Assembly (NCBI GenBank): GCA_964618455.1
Contig: CAZUAQ010000031.1
Location: 2,672 to 66,671, forward strand
DNA from: an uncultured Planctomycetales bacterium
GTDB lineage: Bacteria; Planctomycetota; Phycisphaerae; UBA1845; PWPN01
Length of the DNA stretch: 64,000 nucleotides
Direction of reading: 5' to 3'
Each line of letters starts with the position of its first letter. Positions within the stretch are counted from its first letter, which is position 1. Shown one piece after another: positions 1 through 10,213 of the stretch. The position numbers and the translations under genes are program-made. Under the pieces are notes generated by a model. It saw only the letters and a program-made list of their open reading frames with translations, did not search any database and was not told the DNA's origin.

Positions 1-673
1 CCAGGAACCAGTCGCCGTACGCCACGCTCCGGGCCAGCACGTCGGCGAATCCGGCGGCGGTCATGGCGGTGGGGGCTTCGGCGAGGGTCGGCAGATCGGC
101 GTAGATGGCTTCCGGCGGTCGCGAGGGGAGCGTCCGCTTGGCCCCGTCGACGGTGATGACCGACAGGGCGGAGGTGTAGGCGGTGACGCTTGCGGCGGTG
201 GGGATGCAGACGAAGGGCAACACGCGTCCCGAGGCTTGCTCATGGAGATGGCGGGCGTACTTGGCGACGTCGCAGATGCTGCCCGACCCGAGAGCGACGA
301 CGCAGGCGATTTCGTGCAGTTCTTCCGCCAGACGCTCGCACCACGGCAACGTCGGATGAAACGCGAGCGAGGGATCGTTGGGCAGCGTGCGGACGTCGAG
401 CGAGAGCCTGCGGGCGAACATGTCGGTGAGCCTCGGCTTGAGCGACTGCCCCGCGCGGGTCATCGGCGTGTGATCCATGACGAGCAGCGCGGTTCCGCCG
501 GCAGCACGGCGGCTCACACCTTCGACCATCGCGTCCAGTACATCGTCGGCGATGTGCAGTTCGTCAATGGCGACGGGCGTGATGGTTTCGTGCGAATCGG
601 CCCACTGTCGAGCCAGCGCGTTGACGCTCTCCAGATCGCACGGGTTAGGGGAGTCCCAAGTCTTCTCGCTCAT
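1..673 (-). CDS. sn-glycerol-1-phosphate dehydrogenase-like protein (AraM/EgsA family), 3' end outside window
   Basis: Not in the ORF track. Manual minus-strand translation from ATG at 673 gives MSEKTWDSP...VVALGSGSICDVAKY...PFVCIPTAASVTAYTSALSVITVDGAKRT...AGFADVLARSVAYGDW, matching the GSG..D..KY and PTAAS motifs of the family. Confidence 0.75.
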   Translation of the reverse strand, partial: MSEKTWDSPNPCDLESVNALARQWADSHETITPVAIDELHIADDVLDAMVEGVSRRAAGGTALLVMDHTPMTRAGQSLKPRLTDMFARRLSLDVRTLPNDPSLAFHPTLPWCERLAEELHEIACVVALGSGSICDVAKYARHLHEQASGRVLPFVCIPTAASVTAYTSALSVITVDGAKRTLPSRPPEAIYADLPTLAEAPTAMTAAGFADVLARSVAYGDWFL

Positions 674-827
674 ATGAACAGGTTCCGGTCTGAGGATGGT
701 CGATTCACTCCCAAGCGTATCGTCAATGGAAAGGTAGCTCAATGCTCTGGCGAATCAGAGACTGCGTGATTAAGGTGAAGCTACGATTCTGGAGGTGACG
801 TTGATCAACAACATCAGGGAGAACCAC

Positions 828-1445
828 ATGCGAACACAGTTAGCGATCAGCTTGGGAGTGATTCTGTGGGTGGCGGGGTCCGGTTGCAGCCAGCTCGAGA
901 CTTCCGAAAGAGACGGATGGCGGAACCTCTTCAACGGCAGGGACCTGACGGGGTGGAAGGAACACGGGCAGGCGCGGTGGAGCGTCGACGCCGGCCGACT
1001 CGTGGGCACGCAGGGCCCGAACCGCGAGCCCGGCGATTTGCTGACGGTGGCCGCGTACGACGACTTTGAGCTGATCGTGACGTACCGCGGCGTCTGGCCG
1101 CTCAACAGCGGCGTGTGGTACCGCTACCAGTCCGAGAAGCAGGCGTGCCAGGCGGACATCCTGGAGTACCAGGACCCCGTGTGTTACACCGGCAGCGTCT
1201 ACTGCATGGGTAAGGGGTTTGTGGCGTTGAACGAGGATCCGGCGCTGGAGGATCGCGAGGGCTGGAACACGCTGCGGATACTGGCCGAGGGCGAGCACAT
1301 CCAGGTGTGGCTGAACGGCACGCAAACAGCCGATGTGAAAGAGGATTCCACGCTGACCGGCCGGATCGGTTTCCAGATCCACGCCGGCGACGAGTTCGCG
1401 ACCATGAAGCTGATCGTCAAGGAAGCGAAGATTCGCCCGTTGTGA
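828..1445 (+). CDS. DUF1080 (3-keto-disaccharide hydrolase-like) lipoprotein
   Basis: Motifs LFNGRDLTGW, NSGVW, WNTLRI, GRIGFQIH; signal peptide ending GSGC (lipobox); ATG at 828. Confidence 0.85.
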   Translation: MRTQLAISLGVILWVAGSGCSQLETSERDGWRNLFNGRDLTGWKEHGQARWSVDAGRLVGTQGPNREPGDLLTVAAYDDFELIVTYRGVWPLNSGVWYRYQSEKQACQADILEYQDPVCYTGSVYCMGKGFVALNEDPALEDREGWNTLRILAEGEHIQVWLNGTQTADVKEDSTLTGRIGFQIHAGDEFATMKLIVKEAKIRPL

Positions 1446-1722
1446 TCATGTCGGCGGGCGGCAGACACTCATCATCAGCCAGGGCAATCTTCGAACGGCC
1501 AGGGCCTCATTTTGCTTGGATAAGAAGACTCGGGGCGAATTCGGCGCGATCCCCCCGCAAGAACTCAGCAGGATACTTCGTTCCTCGAAGTATAATAAGA
1601 GTAGAGGACATCTCTTCGGCACTGCGGACCGTCGATACCGGCGGAGTGTGTCGCTCCGATCAATTCATCCCTGTCCTCTCACACGACGGTCGTACGGCGC
1701 CGGCAGGTTGGCGAGGGTCGTC

Positions 1723-2442
1723 ATGTCCAAAACCACACTTCGAAACGATCGTCAGGTCGCTCATCTGGTCGAGAGGCGTCTTCGCTGCTGGGAGATCGAA
1801 CGCGGCTTGCACCGCGTCGACACGCGACTCACTGCCAATGATGTCCAGCCCTTCATCGCCATCTCGCGCATGGTCGGTGCCGGGGGCATGAACCTGGCAC
1901 GAGCACTCTCGAGGCGATTGTCCTGGCCTTACTACGACCGGGAGATTCTGCTCATCATGGCGAGCGGAGACGAGAGCGCTGCCAGGCTCTACGACTCGAT
2001 CGACGAGCACGATCGCAACTGGCTCGAGTTCTCGTTTTCGGCATTGATGGTCTCGCGGAATGACTATCTTCAGCAGCTCAAGCGAGTGGTGCTGGAGCTT
2101 GCGCGCCGTCAGTCCGGGATCTTCCTGGGGCGTGGGGCAGACTTGATTCTTCCACGTCGCGCGGGGTTACGGGTACGGCTCGTGGCCGATCGAAAGAGCT
2201 GCGAGCACCGTTATGCCGAGCGGAAGAAGATCAGCCTCGACCAAGCACGCCTGCGGGTAGCGCGGATCGAAAGCGACCGCGCCTCCTGGATCCGTCACCA
2301 GTTGCACCACGATCCCGAGGATCCCGGACGATACGATCTCACGCTCAACACCGACTACATCACGCTGGAAGAGTCGGTCGAGCTGATCCTCTCGCTCATG
2401 CGGGCGCGGGGGCTGGCCGGTGTCGAGCGGCCGGCGTATTGA
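1723..2442 (+). CDS. cytidylate kinase-like family protein
   Basis: IAISRMVGAGG P-loop variant, LGRGA, YDLTLNT; start at 1723 inferred. Confidence 0.8.
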   Translation: MSKTTLRNDRQVAHLVERRLRCWEIERGLHRVDTRLTANDVQPFIAISRMVGAGGMNLARALSRRLSWPYYDREILLIMASGDESAARLYDSIDEHDRNWLEFSFSALMVSRNDYLQQLKRVVLELARRQSGIFLGRGADLILPRRAGLRVRLVADRKSCEHRYAERKKISLDQARLRVARIESDRASWIRHQLHHDPEDPGRYDLTLNTDYITLEESVELILSLMRARGLAGVERPAY

Positions 2443-2458
2443 CGGAGGTCCAACGCGG

Positions 2459-2961
2459 TCAGCAGAGGACATGCTGAGAAAGCGTGGGACGAGGTGACCG
2501 ATCGGGATGGGAGGCTTCGATCAGGTCAACGATTCTCTCGCGCGCGGCGTTCATGGCGGCCTCTGTCGCTGCACTGAGACCTTCACCGAACTGCATGTCA
2601 CGGGCCACGATGCCGATCTGCACCGCCAGCGGAACGTGATAGCCCAGGCATTTCGCGAGGGCCAGCAACTGGCCGGGCCGGCAATGGTGCGTATCCAGCC
2701 CATCGCGATCATCCGGCTCGACGAGTTCGAGGAGGACATCGTCGGCTTCGGTGCGGCAGTGCGCGTCGATGAAGATGGTCAGTTGCGCGCTGTGAAGTTC
2801 CTCTACCAGCTCAGGGCCGAGTTGATGCTGCGCGACCACGGTGACCCGGTCGTCCTGCCCGTACAACGCTTCCAACTGTTCCGCCAGCACGAGGCCGACG
2901 CCGTCATCGCGGCGGCCGCGATTGCCCCAGGCGATGATGAGAATACCGCGATTCTGAAGGT

Positions 2962-2965
<4 letters not shown>
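2459..2965 (-). CDS. hydrogenase maturation endopeptidase
   Basis: WGNRGRRDDGVG, IFIDA and THH motifs; ATGA overlap with the large-subunit stop codon. Confidence 0.9.
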
Positions 2966-4398
<1,433 letters not shown>

Positions 4399-4438
4399 CG
4401 TCGATGTCCTCGTCGGCGTTTGGCCGTGTGTCTGTTTC

Positions 4439-4966
4439 TCAGTCGTAGTTCAGTTTCACGTGTTCGCTGGGTTCGCCCGTAAGCAACGCACTGACCCCCG
4501 CCCAGATGGCATCCGCGCTTGGCGGGCATCCCGGGATCCAGGCATCGACCTTCACGTGCTCGTGAATCGGGCGGACCTTGTCGGTCAGCATCGGGATTTC
4601 GATGGTGGGCACCGATCCCAGCGCCGTGCTCTCCACATCCACGTAGGCCCGGTCGAGCACTTCCTCGTTGGGGAAGTGGTTGCGAAGCATCGGCACGCAG
4701 CCGAATCCCGCGCAATCGCCCAGGGAAACCAGGATCTTCGCCTTGGCACGGAGTTTTTCGAGCACCTCGAGGTTCTCTTCATTCGCGACGCTTCCCTCGA
4801 CGATACCGATGTCGCATTCGGGGAACTCCTTGACGTCCACCACGGGTGAAGCCACCACGTCCGCGAGGGCGTGCAGATCGATCAGCCGTTCGTCCAGATC
4901 GAGGAACGACATGTGACAACCGCTGCAGCCGCAGAGCCAGACAGTGGCGATTCGTTTCTTGGCCAT
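4439..4966 (-). CDS. hoxY: [NiFe]-hydrogenase small subunit (HoxY/HydS-like)
   Basis: CSGCHMS, GDCA and IPGCPP motifs; short single-cluster small subunit; GGAGG upstream of ATG at 4966. Confidence 0.92.
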   Translation of the reverse strand: MAKKRIATVWLCGCSGCHMSFLDLDERLIDLHALADVVASPVVDVKEFPECDIGIVEGSVANEENLEVLEKLRAKAKILVSLGDCAGFGCVPMLRNHFPNEEVLDRAYVDVESTALGSVPTIEIPMLTDKVRPIHEHVKVDAWIPGCPPSADAIWAGVSALLTGEPSEHVKLNYD

Positions 4967-5001
4967 CGATACAACCTCCAGAGATTCGCTGGGTCGTCTT
5001 G

Positions 5002-7101
5002 TCAATCCTCGACCAGCGCTTGCAGCCCGGCCCAGTCCATGTTCGCGGGCAGTTCGTCACAGGGCACCATGTGCTTGTCGCCGATGTGCTGAAGAGCGGG
5101 GGGCAGGCCCGGAGGCGCCCAGCCGCAATCCTCGCCTCGCCACGCCTTCGCAAGACGGGTGAAGAAGTCCGCCTCGTCCACACAACCCGCAGGCAGGCTC
5201 ATCAAGGCCTGGGACTTCTGCACACGTCCTTCAAGGTTGACGAACGTCCCGCCGCGTTCGGACCAGGCGGCCGTAGGGATGACCACGTGGGCTGCCTCCG
5301 CCGCCTCGTGATCGCGTGCCTGCAGGACGACGACGTAACTGACGGTACGCAACGTTTCCAGCCACTCGCGCGGCCACTCGTGATGGTCGTCGCCCATGAC
5401 GACGAAGGCGACATCCACCGTGTGCGGATCAATGTCATTGAGGGCGGTGGTGGTGTGGCCGAGCAGACGGCCCCCGGCACTGTTCGCGCCGCTGGCCAGT
5501 TCCATCAGCCGCCAGCGCCCCGAATCAGTCTTCCGGTTCGTGGCGTAAACGAAGTTCATCGCCGACCGCAGCACCTGCGGGCTCTGGCGGGTCACGCCGC
5601 GCCCGCAGAGTATCATCGGCTTCTCCGCCTGCACGTACATTTCGGCGATACGTTTCAATCCTTCGGCGGGAACACCGGTGAGTGACTGGATATCGCTGTC
5701 GTCGCACTTCTTGAGCTGTTTGACCAGCGCATCGGGGATGTCGACATCGGTCTTCTCGGCTTCGAGCACATACTTGAAGATGGCGGCCAGCACGATCAGG
5801 TCCTTGCCGCGGTCAATGTTGACCTCGACATCCGACCAGTCCGACAGCCACGTCCGCATGGGATTGATTTTCACCAGCTTGGCCTTGCGGTGCAGGATGC
5901 CCCGGCGGACATACGACGCCAGCACGCCGTGCGAGGCTTCCAGATTGGTCCCGATGCACAGGAACATGTCCGACTCGTCGAGGTCGGTCAGGCCCGCCAG
6001 TGGCGGCATCTTGTCGGACAGTCCTAATGCCTCGCGAACGAACCAGGCGCGTGTCCGATCAATCACCGACCAGCGTTCGCTGCCGACGACGTTCGTCAGG
6101 AAGTTCTGGCATGCCGAGAGCGTCTCGAGTGGCAGGTTGGGCGTCATCAGCATGACGACGCGCGAGGGATCATCCTGGATCGGCTTGGCATTGAGTCGCC
6201 GGGCGATCTCCTTGAGAAGGTCGTCGATGGATTTGGTGGCCCACTTGCCCGCCTGTTTGACGCGGATCTCCTTGACGCGGGGCGCCTTGGGCTCGACCAG
6301 TCCGAAGCGTCCGTGCACGCAGAGAATGTTGTTGCCGTTGGGACCGCCCGCGCTGCGGAGCTCACCGATCTGCCGATGCCGCACGGAGACGTTGATGCGA
6401 CAACCGACGCCGCAGTTCGGGCAGATCGTCTCGGTCATCTCCAGCGGCAGACGTCCCTGCCAGTGGGCACTGCGTTTCTCGAACAGCGCACCGGTCGGGC
6501 AGACCTGCAGGCAGGTGCCGCAGGAGACGCAGCTCGATTCACCGAGCGCCAGGGCGTTGTCGGCGATGAGCATCGCGCGGCTGCCGCGGTTGTCCACGTC
6601 GAGCACGTGAGCGCCCACCCATTGATCACAGGAGCGCACGCATCGCGTGCAGAGGATGCACCGATTGTGATCCAGGGCGATCCGCGCATGGGAATTGTCC
6701 ATCGGCAGCGTGGGGAAACAGTAGTCGAAGCGCACGTGATCCATCCCGTGCTGGTAGGCGTTGCGCTGAAGCTCGCAGTTGCCGCTCATGGGGCAGAAGG
6801 GGCAGATGTGGTTGCGCTCGGCGAAGAGCAGTTCGAGTGTCTGGCGACGCAGATCCTCGAGCTGCGGCGTCTGCGTCTGGACCACCATGCCTTCCTGTGC
6901 CGGCGTGGTGCAGGAGGGCACGGGCCGGCGCTGGCCTTCGACCTCGACGATGCACAGGCGGCACGCGCCGATGTCCGGCAGACCCTCGTGGTGGCAGAGG
7001 GTCGGCACGTTGATCTCGTTCGCGCGACACACGTCCAGCAGCGTCTGTCCTTCTTCGGCGCCGATGGCCTGGCCGTTGATCGTGACGTGAATCGTGCTCA
7101 T
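5002..7101 (-). CDS. NuoG/HydA-like Fe-S subunit (HoxU-like N-terminus plus degenerate molybdopterin-oxidoreductase domain)
   Basis: [2Fe-2S] PTLC...GACRLC...SC; HICPFC...C; CILCTRCVRSC; CVSCGTCLQVC; CPNCGVGC...LC; C-terminal SERGGTFVNLEGRVQ; 699 aa. Confidence 0.88.
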   Translation of the reverse strand: MSTIHVTINGQAIGAEEGQTLLDVCRANEINVPTLCHHEGLPDIGACRLCIVEVEGQRRPVPSCTTPAQEGMVVQTQTPQLEDLRRQTLELLFAERNHICPFCPMSGNCELQRNAYQHGMDHVRFDYCFPTLPMDNSHARIALDHNRCILCTRCVRSCDQWVGAHVLDVDNRGSRAMLIADNALALGESSCVSCGTCLQVCPTGALFEKRSAHWQGRLPLEMTETICPNCGVGCRINVSVRHRQIGELRSAGGPNGNNILCVHGRFGLVEPKAPRVKEIRVKQAGKWATKSIDDLLKEIARRLNAKPIQDDPSRVVMLMTPNLPLETLSACQNFLTNVVGSERWSVIDRTRAWFVREALGLSDKMPPLAGLTDLDESDMFLCIGTNLEASHGVLASYVRRGILHRKAKLVKINPMRTWLSDWSDVEVNIDRGKDLIVLAAIFKYVLEAEKTDVDIPDALVKQLKKCDDSDIQSLTGVPAEGLKRIAEMYVQAEKPMILCGRGVTRQSPQVLRSAMNFVYATNRKTDSGRWRLMELASGANSAGGRLLGHTTTALNDIDPHTVDVAFVVMGDDHHEWPREWLETLRTVSYVVVLQARDHEAAEAAHVVIPTAAWSERGGTFVNLEGRVQKSQALMSLPAGCVDEADFFTRLAKAWRGEDCGWAPPGLPPALQHIGDKHMVPCDELPANMDWAGLQALVED

Positions 7102-7103
7102 CG

Positions 7104-8987
7104 CTACTCCTTGAGGACCGCCTCAAAGCGGCAGACATCGAAGCATTCGTTGCAGTGAATGCAGGTTTCGGTATCGACCCAGTACTTGCGGCGATCATCG
7201 AACTTGTGGATCGCCTCGACGGGGCAATTCTTCGCACAGAGACTGCACCCGGTGCATGCCTCCTCGAGGATGCTGAAAGTCAGCAGTTTCGCGCAGACGC
7301 CCGAGGGGCAGCGCTTGTCGTGGATGTGCGCTTCGTACTCGTTCCGGAAGAACCGCATCGTGCTCAACACCGGGTTCGGGGCGGTCATGCCGAGCCCGCA
7401 GAGGCTGGCGGTGGAAACCACGGCCGAGAGCGTCTCGAGTTGAGCCAGGTCCTTGTCCGTCGCCTTGCCCTCGGTGATCTTCGTCAGCACGTGATGAAGT
7501 TCCTTCGTCCCGACGCGACAGGGCGGGCACTTGCCGCAGGACTCATCCACGCAGAAGTCCATAAAGAAGCGGGCGACATCCACCATGCAGTTGGTGTCAT
7601 CCATCACGATCAGTCCGCCGCTGCCCATGATGGAACCGAGTTTCTGAAGCGAATCGAAATCCAAAGGGGTGTCCAGGTGTTCCGCCGGGATGCATCCCCC
7701 TGAGGGGCCACCGGTCTGCGCGGCCTTGAACTCCCGGCCGTTCAGCACACCGCCACCCACGTCGTATACCAGTTCGCGGAGGCTCATCCCCATCGGAACT
7801 TCCACGAGACCGGTATTGGCGATGGCGCCGGCGAGGGCGAAGACCTTCGTGCCCGGGCTGTTCTCCGTACCGATGGTCCGGAACCAGGCAGCGCCTTTGC
7901 GGAGAATCGTCGGGATGTTCGCGAGGCTCTCGACATTGTTGATCATGCTCGGGCAGCCGCCGAGACCGGACTGCGTCGGATAGGGGGGACGGGGCCGAGG
8001 CTGGCCGCGGCGGCCTTCCACGGAAGCGATCAAGGCCGTCTCCTCACCGCAGACGAACGCGCCCGCCCCGACGCGGATCTCCACGTCGAAGCCGAAGTCG
8101 GTGCCCAGCACGCGTTGGCCCAAGATGCCGTGTTGGCGTGCCGCATCGATGGCGACCTGGAGGCGATGAATGGCGAGGGGGTACTCGGCGCGAACGTAGA
8201 GCACGCCATGGCGGGCGGCGGTGGCGTAGCCGGCGATGATCATGCCTTCGAGCACGCGATGGGGGTCGCTCTCGAGGACGCTGCGATCCATGAACGCGCC
8301 GGGATCACCTTCGTCGCCGTTGCAGATGACGTATTTCTCGGGTCCGGGTGCCGACGCCAGCATGCCCCACTTCCGGCCGACGGAGAATCCACCTCCGCCA
8401 CGACCGCGGAGGCCGCTGTCCGTGACCTCCTGAACCACACCTTCCGGGACCATTTCGCCGAGTACCTTGGCGAGGGCGGCGTACCCGTCCCGGGCGATGT
8501 ATTCGCTGATAGAGAGGGGGTCGATCAGGCCGGAGTTTTCGAGCACGATCTTGACCTGTTTGGCAAAGAACGGCATCTCCTCGGGATGCTGGAAGGGCAG
8601 GGTGTCGCCCTCGCGCGGGAGGAGGTCTTCCACAACCTTTCCGCCGATCAGGTGGTCATCAATGATGCGATCGGCGTCCTTTTCCTCGACGCGGGCATAC
8701 AGCACGTTATCCGGCATGACCTGGACGACCACACCGAGATCGCAGCAGCCGACACATCCGGTCTCCACGATCTTGACGTGCTCATCGAGGCGACGCCTGC
8801 CGGTATGGACCTTGAACTTGTCCACGATCCGCTGATGACCGCAACTGACGCACGCGCCGCCGGCACAGATCAGCACCTCGCGTTTGATCGGCTGATCCGC
8901 TCCGTTGCCCTGGGCGGCCTGACCGAGTCGCAGGGCCAGTTCCCGGCAGGCATTCTCGCGCCATCGTTCGAGTTCTTCGAATGTCAT
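7104..8987 (-). CDS. NADH/FMN-binding diaphorase subunit (NuoF/HoxF/HydB-like) with extra Fe-S domains
   Basis: GLRGRGGGGF, NGDEGDPGAFMDR, GAFVCGEET, GGPSGG, SCGKCPPCR; N-terminal thioredoxin-like [2Fe-2S] domain; C-terminal 2x[4Fe-4S] domain. Confidence 0.93.
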   Translation of the reverse strand: MTFEELERWRENACRELALRLGQAAQGNGADQPIKREVLICAGGACVSCGHQRIVDKFKVHTGRRRLDEHVKIVETGCVGCCDLGVVVQVMPDNVLYARVEEKDADRIIDDHLIGGKVVEDLLPREGDTLPFQHPEEMPFFAKQVKIVLENSGLIDPLSISEYIARDGYAALAKVLGEMVPEGVVQEVTDSGLRGRGGGGFSVGRKWGMLASAPGPEKYVICNGDEGDPGAFMDRSVLESDPHRVLEGMIIAGYATAARHGVLYVRAEYPLAIHRLQVAIDAARQHGILGQRVLGTDFGFDVEIRVGAGAFVCGEETALIASVEGRRGQPRPRPPYPTQSGLGGCPSMINNVESLANIPTILRKGAAWFRTIGTENSPGTKVFALAGAIANTGLVEVPMGMSLRELVYDVGGGVLNGREFKAAQTGGPSGGCIPAEHLDTPLDFDSLQKLGSIMGSGGLIVMDDTNCMVDVARFFMDFCVDESCGKCPPCRVGTKELHHVLTKITEGKATDKDLAQLETLSAVVSTASLCGLGMTAPNPVLSTMRFFRNEYEAHIHDKRCPSGVCAKLLTFSILEEACTGCSLCAKNCPVEAIHKFDDRRKYWVDTETCIHCNECFDVCRFEAVLKE

Positions 8988-9505
8988 TTGTACGCCTTCA
9001 AGGTTTTCTTGATACGATCCGACTTCAACTTGCTGTGAACGTCGTTACCGACCATGGCAACAGGGGCGAGACCGCAAGCTCCTACGCACCGAACGCACCG
9101 CAAACTGAACCTACCATCGCTCGTGGTCTCGCCCGCTTTGATGCCAAGCTGTTTCTCGAAGCTCCGAAGGACCTGGTCCGCGCCGCGGACGTAGCAGGCC
9201 GTGCCCGTGCAGACGCTCACCTGGTGTTTGCCCTGCGGAATTCGACTGAAGAACGTGTAGAAACCGATCACGCCGTAGACCTTGCTGACCGGCACGCGAA
9301 GCTGTTTGGCGATGTACGTGACGACATCTTCGCGCAGGTAGCCGAACAGTTCCTGGGCGCGGTGCAGCACCTGGATCAGGCTTTCGGGCTGGTGATCGTA
9401 ATAATCGATCGCCGATTGCAACTCCTGAAAGATCGCCTGTTCATAAGGCGCGTGAATCACGCCGCTGCGACTGATGCCTTCGTGAATGGTGGTTAAGCTG
9501 GCCAT
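8984..9505 (-). CDS. [2Fe-2S] subunit (NuoE/HoxE/HydC-like)
   Basis: CTGTAC...CVGAC motif; ATGA-type overlap with the downstream gene. Confidence 0.92.
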   Translation of the reverse strand: MASLTTIHEGISRSGVIHAPYEQAIFQELQSAIDYYDHQPESLIQVLHRAQELFGYLREDVVTYIAKQLRVPVSKVYGVIGFYTFFSRIPQGKHQVSVCTGTACYVRGADQVLRSFEKQLGIKAGETTSDGRFSLRCVRCVGACGLAPVAMVGNDVHSKLKSDRIKKTLKAYK

Positions 9506-9750
9506 GGTCTCGTTTCCTTCCCGGCGCGAATAACTACATCGGTATTCGGGCGCCGGGCTTCGGTTAAACCTGAGTGAATGCCATCCAGCGGTCCGGCCCG
9601 AATCTCACCGCAAGATGCGAGCGGATATCTCCTGGTTGCGATCCGGGTCGGTCTTCTCGTCCCTGCACGTCCCGGAAGCAGGCCCTCGAACAGCATGGCG
9701 GACGCGACGGTTCAGGTCGGCTGCCGGGCATGCTGGTCACTTAAATAATG

Positions 9751-9766
9751 AGCATTTGATATGCCA
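9751..9766 (-). promoter_or_regulatory. putative sigma54 (-24/-12) promoter of the hydrogenase operon
   Basis: Minus strand reads TGGCATATCAAATGCT, with exact GG-N10-GC spacing, in an AT-rich patch and oriented toward the operon. Confidence 0.6.
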
Positions 9767-9789
9767 TAGGTTCGCAGGTTCGTGAAAAA

Positions 9790-9807
9790 TGGCACAAACA
9801 TGTGCCA
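9790..9807. promoter_or_regulatory. palindromic operator candidate
   Basis: TGGCACA-AACA-TGTGCCA, a perfect 7-4-7 inverted repeat just upstream of the sigma54-like element. Confidence 0.45.
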
Positions 9808-10213
9808 GAGCACGATCTCAGATCCGTGAATGCGGAATTTGGGGCCCTGTCGAGGATCATACATGGGGATTTCCCACAGACGCCCGGTGATATGCCCCGC
9901 CCGCTTCAACCGTGCCCTTCCAAGTTTTCCAAGGGTCGACGGGTTCCACGAATCCTGCTTCCCGAGTCGACAGATCCTGATTCTCTGTCCGTTCGGGATC
10001 CCTTATCACCTCCGCACGCGGGCGGTCGGGCGTCATGAGCCGGTTGTGACACACGGCGCGCACAACGGCGTGAATCCGTCTCGGCGCGTGTGCTTGCTAC
10101 GGCTTTCAAGTGCGTTCCAGGCGCCATTGCACGATGAGCGCGCGGCCACTATATCAGGGCCTGCGTCACGGCACGTTTGTTCAGTTTGATGTACACCAGG
10201 AGGATGTTGACTC

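Noticed and set aside
236-769. 177-aa plus-strand ORF
   Set aside because: Shadow of the minus-strand AraM/EgsA-like gene.
5002-7101. Formate dehydrogenase alpha subunit or selenoprotein call
   Set aside because: No catalytic Cys/Sec-His motif, no in-frame TGA, and no C-terminal cofactor-binding domain seen.
10169-10184. CGGCACGTTTGTTCAG as a sigma54 promoter for the isomerase gene
   Set aside because: The -12 GC dinucleotide is missing at the required spacing.
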